From contig JAYOYH010000068.1 in the NCBI GenBank assembly GCA_038153405.1, positions 1 to 19,949 of the forward strand: a stretch of 19,949 nucleotides of DNA, given 5' to 3'. A program made the position numbers and the translations under genes. Positions 7,700-16,548 of this stretch are shown piece after piece (within the stretch, counting starts at the first letter, position 1; each line of letters starts with the position of its first letter). Below the pieces are notes generated by a model. The model searched no databases. It worked only from the letters and a program-made list of their open reading frames with translations, and had not been told where the DNA came from. This stretch comes from Gemmatimonadota bacterium. Its GTDB lineage: Bacteria; Latescibacterota; UBA2968; UBA8231.

Positions 7700-9391
7700 A
7701 TGCATCTAATTGTACCCGCGATATCCATCGCCCTAAGCGCCCTTTTCGCCTCGGCTAGCAGCGCCCAAGAGGACTATCCCTATGCCGCGCTTGACCCCAA
7801 GGCCTACGACCCGGCCGTCGATCCGCAGTACAGCCTATTTATCGGACATTGGCAAAACGCCATGCCGCGCCTCATGCACGGTTCGTTGGTCTTCCGCGAT
7901 ATCCTGACCAGCCTCGAAGGAGAAGACTCGCTGCATCCCACGCGCAAAAGCGCCGTACTGGTCTATAATAGCGCCATCAGCTACGCGACGCTGGAACCAG
8001 GCGCCAAGGCCGTGGGCCAGCCGCTTGAAAATCAGCAGCAGGTATTCTACGTCGACTCCGGCCAAGCCGTTCTGCGCTCGGGCAAGGCGACGCACACCGT
8101 GCAAAAGGGCGATGCCTTTATTGTGACGCCGAAGTTCGACTGGACGCTAGACAATACCGGCCAAGAGCCGCTGGCCATGTACGCGCTGACCGAGCCGCTG
8201 CCCGATGGGTTTAAGCCCAATGAACAGCTCGTGGTGAAAAACCGCTTTGAAAACGACCTGTTTATGCGCGTGCACTGGTCGAATATCGATCGACCCATCA
8301 TCGGCCAGGCCGAAGGTATGGCCAACTACCGCGGCCTGACCTTTGTCAATATCGACGCCATGACCATGGCGCAGCCGCACAGCCACAACCCGGACGTCGA
8401 AGAGGCGTGGATTGCGCTAAAGGGCCAGACCAAGCTGCTGCTCGGCAAGCAGCTCTTTGACCTACCGCCCGGTTCGGCCTATAAGATTCCCGATAACGGC
8501 ATGGCCGCTCATGCCCACATCAACATGACGGACGAGCCCATTCAGCTAATCCACATGATGAAGAACGTGCGCGGCGAGCGGCTCAAGTATTCGATGCTGC
8601 AGCCCGAGCAGTTCGATCCGGCCACCGATCCGGCCATCGATATGTTTATCGGCGACTGGCGCCACTCCATGCCGCGCCTCATGCACAACGCCCTGGTATT
8701 TCGCGATATGCTCACCGAGCTGCAGGGACCCGACCAGCTACACCCTACGCGCAAGGGCGCCGTGCTGCTGCACGTGCAGGCGGTCAGCCGCGCCACCCTC
8801 GAGCCCGGCGCAACGGCCACGCCGTCGCCGATGGAGGGCATTCAACAGGTATTCTACGTCGATTCCGGGCAGGGCATCATCGCCTCCGGCGAGCAGACGA
8901 CAACTCTGCGCAAGGGCAGTAGCTTTATTATCGCGCCCGGCATTGACTTTAGCCTGCGCGCGACGAGCGAGGAGCCGCTGGCCATGTACGTGGTCACCGA
9001 GAAAGTGCCCGATGGCGCCGCGACCAACACATCGCTCTACGTGACAGACGGCTTTGAAAATCCCACCTTCATGCGCTACCACTGGGCCAATATCGACCGC
9101 AGCATCATCAGCAATGCCAATGGCATGGTTGCCTACCGCGGCCTGACCGCCGTACAGCTAGACGCCATGACCATGGCGCAGCCGCACAGCCACGGCGAAA
9201 CGACCGAAGAAGTGTGGATTGCGCTCGAGGGCGATATCCACTTGCTGATGGGCAAAGAGCTGCGCGTGCTGCCCGTCGGCTCGGCCTACAAAGTCCCGGC
9301 CACGGGTCGGACGGCCCATTCCAATATCAATGCCTCCGATCAGCCGGTGCAGCTCATACACATGATGAATCCACGGCGCCGCAGTCGCTAA
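7700..9391 (+). CDS. Exported multi-cupin protein (tandemly duplicated bicupin, 4 cupin domains)
   Basis: ATG 7700 follows a GGGAG RBS, and the signal peptide ends SSA-Q. Two homologous halves each end in a cupin with PHSH-x4-EE ... AH-x-x-IN. Confidence 0.82.
   Translation: MHLIVPAISIALSALFASASSAQEDYPYAALDPKAYDPAVDPQYSLFIGHWQNAMPRLMHGSLVFRDILTSLEGEDSLHPTRKSAVLVYNSAISYATLEPGAKAVGQPLENQQQVFYVDSGQAVLRSGKATHTVQKGDAFIVTPKFDWTLDNTGQEPLAMYALTEPLPDGFKPNEQLVVKNRFENDLFMRVHWSNIDRPIIGQAEGMANYRGLTFVNIDAMTMAQPHSHNPDVEEAWIALKGQTKLLLGKQLFDLPPGSAYKIPDNGMAAHAHINMTDEPIQLIHMMKNVRGERLKYSMLQPEQFDPATDPAIDMFIGDWRHSMPRLMHNALVFRDMLTELQGPDQLHPTRKGAVLLHVQAVSRATLEPGATATPSPMEGIQQVFYVDSGQGIIASGEQTTTLRKGSSFIIAPGIDFSLRATSEEPLAMYVVTEKVPDGAATNTSLYVTDGFENPTFMRYHWANIDRSIISNANGMVAYRGLTAVQLDAMTMAQPHSHGETTEEVWIALEGDIHLLMGKELRVLPVGSAYKVPATGRTAHSNINASDQPVQLIHMMNPRRRSR
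7770..9370 (+). repeat. Intragenic tandem duplication, 807-nt (269-codon) period; boundaries approximate
   Basis: CATGCCGCGCCTCATGCAC occurs at 7861 and 8668. A 33-nt identical block GACGCCATGACCATGGCGCAGCCGCACAGCCAC occurs at 8354-8386 and 9161-9193. Both offsets are 807 nt. Confidence 0.95.
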
Positions 9392-9423
9392 GCGCGCGGC
9401 AGCGACCAGAGAGAGGAACGACG

Positions 9424-10620
9424 ATGTATACACCTATTGCGAATGGAACAATCCACGGCGCGCGGCGCGTTGCCGCCCTGTGCGCCCTCATACTGAGCAC
9501 GTTCGTCGCCTGTGGCGGCGGCGACCCGCAGCAGGATGCTCCACGGGCACAGCAGGCGGCTAGCAGTGGACCGCAGATCGTGTCCGGGCCGGGGTATATG
9601 CCCGAGTGCTTTAAGCCGTGGAGCGAAGACACCAAGTACTTTCAGTGGCCGGCGCGCAACGGTCCGTTTCGCGTAGCGCTGGTCAACGGCTACGTGGGCA
9701 ACGCCTGGCGCATCCAAATGATTAAGACGGCCAAAGCCTTTGCCAAGGATCCGTCCATAGCGCCCATGCTGAAAGAGTTCAAGGTCGTGTCGACGGGCAC
9801 CGACATCGCCGCACAGCTCGGCGCCATCGAGGATTTTATCAACCAGGGGTACGATGCCATCATCACCATAGCCGTCAGCCCGCAGGGCTTTGACCGCGTC
9901 ATTCGCCTGGCCAACCGCCAAGGTGTGGTCATCGTGCCCTTCGACAACGTGCTCGACACCGAAGACGTCATCCAGGTCAACGAAGACCAGCTGGATATGG
10001 GGCGTATGTGGGGCGCGTTTATCGACGAGCGCCTCAAGGGCCGGGGGAAGGTCTTGGAGGTGCGCGGTCTGCAGGGCAACTCGACCGATCGCGACCGCCA
10101 CATCGGCTTCCGCGAAATTATGGAAGCACCCGGCAAGGACTACCAGATCATAGAGGTCGTCGGCAACTGGGACGACGGACAGGCGCAAAAGGCCGTGGCC
10201 AACGCGCTGGCCACGCACGGCCAGTTCGACGCGCTCTTTGTGCAGGGCGGTTCCACCGGTGCCGTGCGCGCGCTGCTCGACGCCGGCCACCCGCCCATTC
10301 CCGTCGCTACCGAAGGTGAGAACGGCGTGCGCAAGCTCATCGCACAGCACCACGCAGCGGGCATGGAGGGCCTGTCGTTGGGCCAGTCGCCGGCCCTGGC
10401 GGCCATCGCCATGAAAGCGGCCATCGAGGCGCTGCAGGGCAAGGTCGTTCCGCAGCTGATCAGCGTGCCCATTCCAGGCGACGACCACACCACGCTCGAG
10501 GATGGGGTCAGCTACTACTCCGATATGTCGGACGATTTCTTTACGGCCAACACCTTTCCGCCCTGCGGCGTCAATATCTCGGGCGTCGACATTATGAACG
10601 AAAATCTCGACGGCGAATAG
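9424..10620 (+). CDS. Sugar ABC transporter substrate-binding protein (RbsB-like), probable lipoprotein
   Basis: ATG 9424 after GAGAGGAA, with a lipobox-like FVAC-GGG (Cys codon 9511). Type I PBP segments include NGYVGNAWRIQM, IEDFINQGYDAII, VVIVPFDN and EVRGLQGNSTDRDRHIG. Confidence 0.9.
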   Translation: MYTPIANGTIHGARRVAALCALILSTFVACGGGDPQQDAPRAQQAASSGPQIVSGPGYMPECFKPWSEDTKYFQWPARNGPFRVALVNGYVGNAWRIQMIKTAKAFAKDPSIAPMLKEFKVVSTGTDIAAQLGAIEDFINQGYDAIITIAVSPQGFDRVIRLANRQGVVIVPFDNVLDTEDVIQVNEDQLDMGRMWGAFIDERLKGRGKVLEVRGLQGNSTDRDRHIGFREIMEAPGKDYQIIEVVGNWDDGQAQKAVANALATHGQFDALFVQGGSTGAVRALLDAGHPPIPVATEGENGVRKLIAQHHAAGMEGLSLGQSPALAAIAMKAAIEALQGKVVPQLISVPIPGDDHTTLEDGVSYYSDMSDDFFTANTFPPCGVNISGVDIMNENLDGE

Positions 10621-10626
10621 GAGCAG

Positions 10627-12162
10627 ATGACGGCCGTAAACCCCGCCCCTTTTCTACGCCTGCGCGGCATCGCCAAGCGCTACGGCGGCGTAACCGCACT
10701 CGACGGCGTAGACTTTAGCTGTGCGGCGGGCACGATCCACGCCATCCTCGGCGAAAACGGCGCGGGCAAAAGCACGCTCATCAAGATTATCTCCGGCGTC
10801 GTCCAGCCCGATGCCGGAGACATCCTTCTGGGCGATGCACCGGTGCGCTTCGCCCACCCCGTCGAGGCCAACGACGCCGGCATCGTCTGTATTTTTCAGG
10901 AGCTTTCCCTGCTGCCCACGCTGTCGGTGGAGGAAAATATCGCCATTGGACAGGCGGGCGGACGCGGCGGCCTGCTCGACCGCAAAGCGCAGCGGCGCAG
11001 AGCAGAACAGCTGCTGGCACGCGTCGGCTGCGAGGATATCGACCCGCGCGAGTGGGTTGGCGACCTGTCGCTGTCGCGCCGGCAGATGGTCGAGATTGCC
11101 AAGGCACTGGGCAAAAATCCCCGCCTGCTCATTCTCGACGAGGCGACGTCCGCCCTGACCAGCGCCGACGTCGAGCGCGTATTTGACCTGCTCAAAAAGC
11201 TGCGCGACGAACATCTGGCGCTGCTCTACATATCGCACCGCATGCACGAGATCAGAGCGCTAGCCGATGTGCTGAGCGTCTTTCGCAACGGCCAGCACAT
11301 CGAGACCTTTGCCAAGGGCGCGCGCACCGACGAAGAGATCGTGCAGCTGATGATTGGCCGCGACATCGAGCAAACCTTTCCGCCCAAACCCAGCTCAGAC
11401 GAAAGCCGCGCACCGATTTTAGAAGTCGAAAGCCTGTGCTGGGAAGACCAGCTCGACGATGTATCTCTCGCGCTCGGCAGGGGCGAAATCCTCGGCTTGG
11501 GCGGCCTCGATGGACAGGGCCAAAAGGAGTTCCTACTGGCCCTCTTCGGCGCACTCAAAGACGTCCGCGGCACCGTGCGCATCGACGGACAGGCGGTCGA
11601 TATCAGCGGCCCACACGCCGCCAAGAGCGCTGCGCTGGGTTTGGCGCTGGTGCCAGAGGACCGCAAAACCGAAGGCCTCATACTGCCGATGGGCGTCGGC
11701 GCCAACCTCTCGCTGGCATCGCTCGACCGCCTCAAAAAGGGCCTCGTCGTCGATACGACCAGCGAGGGCGAACGCATAGCGCAGATGCTGCATCAACTGC
11801 AGATCAAGATAGGCCGCGTCGAAGACGCCGTCTCTTCTCTATCGGGCGGCAACCAGCAAAAGGTCGTGCTGGCCAAATGGCTGATGACCGGCCCGAGAAT
11901 TCTCATGCTCAACGACCCAACGCGCGGCATCGACGTAGGCACCAAGGAAGAGCTCTACCAGCTTTTTCGCGCGCTGGCCGACGGCGGCACCTCCATCCTT
12001 CTCTACAGCACCGATTACGACGAATTGGTCGGCCTGTGCGACCGCGTGATGATCTTTTATCAGGGGCGCATCGTCCGCCAACTGCAGGGCGATCAGATCA
12101 GCGAGACCAATATCGTAGCCAGCGCGCTCAACATCGGCACCCACGCGCCGGAGACCTCGTGA
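10627..12162 (+). CDS. Sugar ABC transporter ATP-binding protein (CUT2, RbsA-like, two fused NBDs)
   Basis: Walker A GENGAGKST, LILDEATS and YISH in NBD1. VPEDRKTEGL, LSGGNQQK and NDPTRGID in NBD2. Confidence 0.95.
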   Translation: MTAVNPAPFLRLRGIAKRYGGVTALDGVDFSCAAGTIHAILGENGAGKSTLIKIISGVVQPDAGDILLGDAPVRFAHPVEANDAGIVCIFQELSLLPTLSVEENIAIGQAGGRGGLLDRKAQRRRAEQLLARVGCEDIDPREWVGDLSLSRRQMVEIAKALGKNPRLLILDEATSALTSADVERVFDLLKKLRDEHLALLYISHRMHEIRALADVLSVFRNGQHIETFAKGARTDEEIVQLMIGRDIEQTFPPKPSSDESRAPILEVESLCWEDQLDDVSLALGRGEILGLGGLDGQGQKEFLLALFGALKDVRGTVRIDGQAVDISGPHAAKSAALGLALVPEDRKTEGLILPMGVGANLSLASLDRLKKGLVVDTTSEGERIAQMLHQLQIKIGRVEDAVSSLSGGNQQKVVLAKWLMTGPRILMLNDPTRGIDVGTKEELYQLFRALADGGTSILLYSTDYDELVGLCDRVMIFYQGRIVRQLQGDQISETNIVASALNIGTHAPETS

Positions 12163-13214
12163 AGCACTGGCGCCTTTACATCCGGCACAACCAGGGCCTG
12201 CTGGTGGCCATCGCTCTATTCGCCCTGTTCTACGGCGCCTATTCGCTGCAGCATCCGCAGGGCTTCACGGCTGCCCTATTCAACCAGAACAGCAACGAGT
12301 GCTTTGCGCTGGCCATGGCGGCCATGGCACAGACCATACCCGTGTTGACCGGTGGCCTCGACCTGTCGGTCGGCGCCGTGATGACCTTGGTCAACTGCTT
12401 GGCCTCCGAGCTGCTGGGCGGCACAGGTATAGCCAATGTATTGGGCATTGGCGCCTGCCTGCTAGCCGGCCTGCTGTGCGGCTTGGCCAACGGCTGTCTG
12501 GTCGTCTACGGTCGGCTGCAACCCATTATCGCCACGCTGGCCTCGAGCGCCGTCTTTATCGGCCTGGCGCTCTTTTTGCGCCCCGCGCCGGGTGGCGCGA
12601 TCAACGGCGATCTGGCCTTTGCCCTGACCTTCGACCTCAACGAGGCGCTGGTGGCCTCCGGTTCGGGCGCGCTAACGGGTCCGCTCAGCGCGGCGGGCCA
12701 CATACCCACCACGGCGCTCTTCGCCCTGCTCATGGCCGGCCTCTGGCTCTACTTCAAGCGCACGCGCTACGGACTCGAGACCTACGCGGTCGGCGCCTCG
12801 GCCGAAGCGGCCTATATGAGCGGCGTGCGCGTGCAGCGCGTTCGCCTGATCGCCTACGGCCTCTCGGGCTTTTTCGCCGGCGTCGGCGGCCTGTTTCTCG
12901 CCCTGCAAACCGGCGCTGGCAACGCCGATATACCACAGGCCAATGCCTACACGCTCAACTCCATCGCCGCCGTGGTCATTGGCGGCACCTCGCTCTATGG
13001 CGGGGCCGGTGGTGCCATCGGCTCGCTCTTTGGCGCGCTCGTGCTGCGCGCCATCGCCTTCAATTTTCGCGTTATCGCCGAGGATTCGGCGCTCGGCTTT
13101 CTCGCCAACCCCCTCTACCAGCCGCTGGTCGAGGGCCTGGTGCTGTTGGGCGCCGTATCGCTGGGTGCCATCTGGGTGTTTCGCATCAAAAACAAGCTGC
13201 TGGTCTTCAAATGA
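12159..13214 (+). CDS. Sugar ABC transporter permease (RbsC-like)
   Basis: GTG 12159 overlaps the upstream TGA (GTGA) and has a GGAG RBS. Motifs: TGGLDLSVG, QPIIATL, YAVGASAEAAYMSG and IAAVVIGGTSLYGG. Confidence 0.93.
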   Translation: MKHWRLYIRHNQGLLVAIALFALFYGAYSLQHPQGFTAALFNQNSNECFALAMAAMAQTIPVLTGGLDLSVGAVMTLVNCLASELLGGTGIANVLGIGACLLAGLLCGLANGCLVVYGRLQPIIATLASSAVFIGLALFLRPAPGGAINGDLAFALTFDLNEALVASGSGALTGPLSAAGHIPTTALFALLMAGLWLYFKRTRYGLETYAVGASAEAAYMSGVRVQRVRLIAYGLSGFFAGVGGLFLALQTGAGNADIPQANAYTLNSIAAVVIGGTSLYGGAGGAIGSLFGALVLRAIAFNFRVIAEDSALGFLANPLYQPLVEGLVLLGAVSLGAIWVFRIKNKLLVFK

Positions 13215-14176
13215 GCGCGCTGACCGACGCTCTGCGCGCACGCGCGCAGCACACCGAAAAATCGGTCTGGTACACGCTGGCCTCCATTGGGCTCATACTG
13301 CTACTGGGCTCGGTCTACACGCTGAGCACCAGCGGCACGCTGAGCTTTCTCACGCCCACATACCTGCTGCAGCAGCTGAAGATCGCCTCTTTCTTGGGCG
13401 TGGCGGCCACCGGCATGATGCTGGTTATCTTGCTTGGACACATCGACCTTTCCCTGCCCTGGACGCTGGCGACGAGCGCTATGTTGGCCACGGCGCTGGG
13501 CGGCTGGGTGGCCCTGCCCTATGGACTGTGCATCGGTGCGCTCATCGGGCTACTCAACGGGTTGGGCGTCGCCTTTCTGCGCGTGCCGTCGATGATTTTC
13601 ACCCTCGGCGTCAACACCGTGCTCAAAGGCCTCATGGTCGTCTTTACCGGCGGCTTTGCGCCGCGCAGCGAAGCGCCCGCATGGATGGAAGGGCTCGCCG
13701 TCGGCAGCGCGCTGGGCATGCCCAATGCGCTCTTCGCCTGGATCGCCGTCGGGGCCGGTGCCGTCTTCATTCTGCAGCGCACGCCCTTTGGCCGCTACGT
13801 ATACGCCGTGGGCAATCAGGAGCGCGCCGTTTTTCTATCCGGTATTCGGACCCAGTGGATCGTCGTCGGCGCATTCGTGCTGTGCGGCATTTGCTCGGCC
13901 CTAACCGGCATGATGCTGGCCGGCTTTTCGCACAAGGCCTATCAGGCCATGGGCGACGACTATCTGATGCCGGCCATCGCCGCCGTAGTCATCGGCGGCA
14001 CGAATATTCTCGGCGGGCGCGGCACCTATTTGGGCACGGTGCTCGGCACCCTCACCATCGTGCTGCTATCGAGCATGCTGTCCGTTATGCAGATGCCCGA
14101 GGCTGGACGTCAAATCATATACGGCGCCGTGATCATTGGCATGCTGCTGGTCTATGGCCGTCAGCAAGAACACTGA
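13211..14176 (+). CDS. Sugar ABC transporter permease (RbsC-like)
   Basis: ATGA overlap at 13211-13214. Motifs: GHIDLS, PSMIFTLG, RTPFGRYVYAVGN and IAAVVIGGTNILGGRG. Confidence 0.93.
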   Translation: MSALTDALRARAQHTEKSVWYTLASIGLILLLGSVYTLSTSGTLSFLTPTYLLQQLKIASFLGVAATGMMLVILLGHIDLSLPWTLATSAMLATALGGWVALPYGLCIGALIGLLNGLGVAFLRVPSMIFTLGVNTVLKGLMVVFTGGFAPRSEAPAWMEGLAVGSALGMPNALFAWIAVGAGAVFILQRTPFGRYVYAVGNQERAVFLSGIRTQWIVVGAFVLCGICSALTGMMLAGFSHKAYQAMGDDYLMPAIAAVVIGGTNILGGRGTYLGTVLGTLTIVLLSSMLSVMQMPEAGRQIIYGAVIIGMLLVYGRQQEH

Positions 14177-14207
14177 GCGCATTTTACTCATAGAAGGGAT
14201 TCGTGCA

Positions 14208-15095
14208 ATGAGTGCAGAAATCAGAGACGAGCGCTTTGGCCAGGTCGTCGGTAGCGATGCGGCATTAGAGCAGGTGGCCACCGGCTTTATGTTCACCGAA
14301 GGCGCCATGTGGAACGGTGCGACCGGCGAGCTGATCTTCAGCGATATTCCCGGCGATACCATGCACGCCTGGTCGGCTGACGGCGGCGTGCGCGTCTATC
14401 GCCAGCCCAGCGCCAAGACCAACGGCAACTACTTCGACCGGCAGGGACGCCTCATTTCGTGCGAACACGTCAACAGCCGCGTAGTGCGCAAAGAAGCCGA
14501 CGGAACGCTCTCGGTGCTGGCCAGCCACTACGGCGATAAGGAGCTCAACAGTCCCAACGACGTGGTCGTCACCTCGAGCGGCGCGATCTACTTCACCGAT
14601 CCAACCTACGGCCGCATGGCCGGCCCCGGACTCGAGCGCGAACAGGACCTCGACTTTCAGGGGGTCTATCGCATCGATCCGGTATCGGGCGAACTGGCGC
14701 TGCTGGCCTCCGACTTTCAGCAGCCCAACGGCCTGACGTTTTCGCTCGACGAAAAGCGTCTCTTTGTCAACGACACGGACGGCGGTCACATCCGCGTCTT
14801 TGACGTAGCCGCCGACGGCAGTCTGTCCGATGGTTCAGTCTGGGCCGTGCCCGAAGCCGACGGAGACGGCGTGCCCGACGGCATGAAAATCGACAGCGCG
14901 GGCAACCTCTACTGCACCGGCCCGGGCGGCCTGCACGTCTACGCGCCGGATGCAACCTGCCTCGGCCTCATTCGCGTGCCCGAGGTAGCGGCCAACTTCA
15001 CCTGGGGCGATGCCGATCTACAGACGGTCTATATCACCGCCTCAACGTCCATCTATCGCACGCGCGTGGCCGTGCCGGGGCGCCGCATTTCCTAG
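14208..15095 (+). CDS. SMP-30/gluconolactonase-family lactonase
   Basis: ATG 14208 after AAGGGA. Metal ligands lie in FTEG, NSPND, PNG and VPDGM. No signal peptide is evident. Confidence 0.92.
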   Translation: MSAEIRDERFGQVVGSDAALEQVATGFMFTEGAMWNGATGELIFSDIPGDTMHAWSADGGVRVYRQPSAKTNGNYFDRQGRLISCEHVNSRVVRKEADGTLSVLASHYGDKELNSPNDVVVTSSGAIYFTDPTYGRMAGPGLEREQDLDFQGVYRIDPVSGELALLASDFQQPNGLTFSLDEKRLFVNDTDGGHIRVFDVAADGSLSDGSVWAVPEADGDGVPDGMKIDSAGNLYCTGPGGLHVYAPDATCLGLIRVPEVAANFTWGDADLQTVYITASTSIYRTRVAVPGRRIS

Positions 15096-15140
15096 CGTCG
15101 CGGGAGAGCCGTGTGGTCGTCACGCCGCTCTCCCACACGC
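15095..15140. other. Intergenic GC-rich imperfect hairpin
   Basis: GCGT(15095)..ACGC(15140), GGGAGAGC(15102-15109)..GCTCTCCC(15127-15134) and CGTG..CACG pair around a 7-nt loop. There is no U-tract. Confidence 0.55.
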
Positions 15141-15170
15141 GTTCACTGCCCACGCACACAGGAGCCCATT

Positions 15171-16466
15171 ATGACCGACCGCGCCGAAGACAACGTCCGC
15201 TCGCACTCGCGCCCTTCCGAACTAAAAATCACCGATATGCGCATCGTTAGCGGCGTGGCGCGCGCGCCCATCGGCCCACACGGCAGCCGCATGCGCTCGA
15301 CGATCATTCGCCTGGATACCAACCAAGGCATCAGCGGCTACGGCGAAGTGCGCGACGGCGGCAGCGAAACCTATGCGCTCATGCTAAAGAGTCGCCTCCT
15401 CGGCGAAAACCCCTGCAACGTCGACAAGCTCTTCCGCAAGATAAAGCAGTTCGGCTACCACGGGCGCCAGGCCGGTGGCGTCTGCGGCATTGAAATGGCG
15501 CTGATGGATCTGGCCGGCAAGGCCTACGGCGTGCCCGCCTACCAGCTGGCCGGCGGCAAGTTTCGCGACCAGATCCTCTGCTACTGCGACACGCCCTCGG
15601 AACGGGATGGCAAGGCGATGGGACAGCGACTTAAAGAGCGCATGGCGATGGGTTTTAAATTCCTGAAAATGGACGTTGGCATAGGCCTGTTGCAGGGCGT
15701 TGAAGACGCGCTCGTCGCCCCGCCCAATATGCTGGGAACGCGCGACGTCATGCATCCCTTTACCGGCATTCAAATCACCGAAAAAGGCATCGACATTCTC
15801 TGTCAGTATGTCGCCGACGTGCGGGGCGAGATCGGCTATGAGGTCCCGCTGGCCGTCGATCACTTTGGCCATATCGGCATCGAGTCGTGCATTCGCTTAG
15901 GCAAGGCGCTGGATCGGTTTTCGCTGGCCTGGTACGAGGATATGATCCCCTGGCAGTTTGCCGACCAGTGGCAGCGCCTGGCTGAGTCGGTCGATACGCC
16001 GGTGTGCACGGGCGAAGACATCTACTGCAAAGAAGACTTCATGCCGCTCTTTGAGCGCCGCGCCGTCGCCGTAGTGCATCCCGACCTGGCCTCGTCCGGC
16101 GGCATTTTGGAAACCAAGAAAATTGGCGACCTGGCCCAGGAGCACGGCATCGGTATGGCGCTACACATGGCCATGCTGCCCATCGCCGGCCTGGCCGCCG
16201 TGCACTGTGCGGCGGCAACGGAAAACTTCATGGTGCTGGAAAACCACACCGTCGACCACCTCGAGCAGTGGTCCAGCCTAGTGGAAGGCCTGCCGGTACC
16301 GCTGATAAAAGACGGCCATATCGCCGTGCCGGAAGGGCCGGGCCTTGGCTTTACTGGAATCAATGAGGAAGTGCTCAGCGCCTTTACCGACGAGCGCAGT
16401 TCCGCGCTCTTCGCGCCGACAGATGAATGGAATAGCGAAGGCGCCCACGACCGGCTGTGGAGCTAG
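15171..16466 (+). CDS. Mandelate racemase/muconate lactonizing enzyme-family protein, probable acid-sugar dehydratase
   Basis: ATG 15171 after AGGAG. Motifs: GISGYGE, IEMALMDLAGKAYGVPAYQLAGG and FLKMD (KxD). Metal ligands lie in AVDH, WYED and TGED, the His-Asp dyad in VHPD/ALHM, and GPGLG is present. Confidence 0.92.
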   Translation: MTDRAEDNVRSHSRPSELKITDMRIVSGVARAPIGPHGSRMRSTIIRLDTNQGISGYGEVRDGGSETYALMLKSRLLGENPCNVDKLFRKIKQFGYHGRQAGGVCGIEMALMDLAGKAYGVPAYQLAGGKFRDQILCYCDTPSERDGKAMGQRLKERMAMGFKFLKMDVGIGLLQGVEDALVAPPNMLGTRDVMHPFTGIQITEKGIDILCQYVADVRGEIGYEVPLAVDHFGHIGIESCIRLGKALDRFSLAWYEDMIPWQFADQWQRLAESVDTPVCTGEDIYCKEDFMPLFERRAVAVVHPDLASSGGILETKKIGDLAQEHGIGMALHMAMLPIAGLAAVHCAAATENFMVLENHTVDHLEQWSSLVEGLPVPLIKDGHIAVPEGPGLGFTGINEEVLSAFTDERSSALFAPTDEWNSEGAHDRLWS

Positions 16467-16548
16467 TGGCGCGTACTCGCGGTCTATACAATGGCTATAT
16501 TTGTGCGCCGTGCGATGCGTCCGCACACCAACCTCACACTAAGGGTCT

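Noticed and set aside
9388..10488. 366-aa antisense ORF, plus many other overlapping ORFs such as 12943-14193 (+) and 5722-6429 (-)
   Set aside because: Shadow frames of well-supported genes in GC-rich DNA, with low-information composition and no recognisable motifs.
11911..11916. Walker B of NBD2 reads ND instead of DE, suggesting a dead transporter
   Set aside because: CUT2 ATPases normally have one degenerate site. NBD1 Walker A/B and the NBD2 LSGGNQQ signature are intact, so there is no evidence of a pseudogene.
11436..14176. Long N-terminal extensions on the permease ORFs (592 and 625 aa); likewise the ORFs starting at 9214 and 16800
   Set aside because: The extensions overlap upstream genes out of frame. 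Better starts with an RBS or stop-start coupling exist at 12159, 13211, 9424 and 17349.
16467..16548. Possible internal promoter for tam (TACAAT 16487-16492, TATATT 16496-16501)
   Set aside because: No acceptable -35 at the right spacing. Plausible but not supportable.
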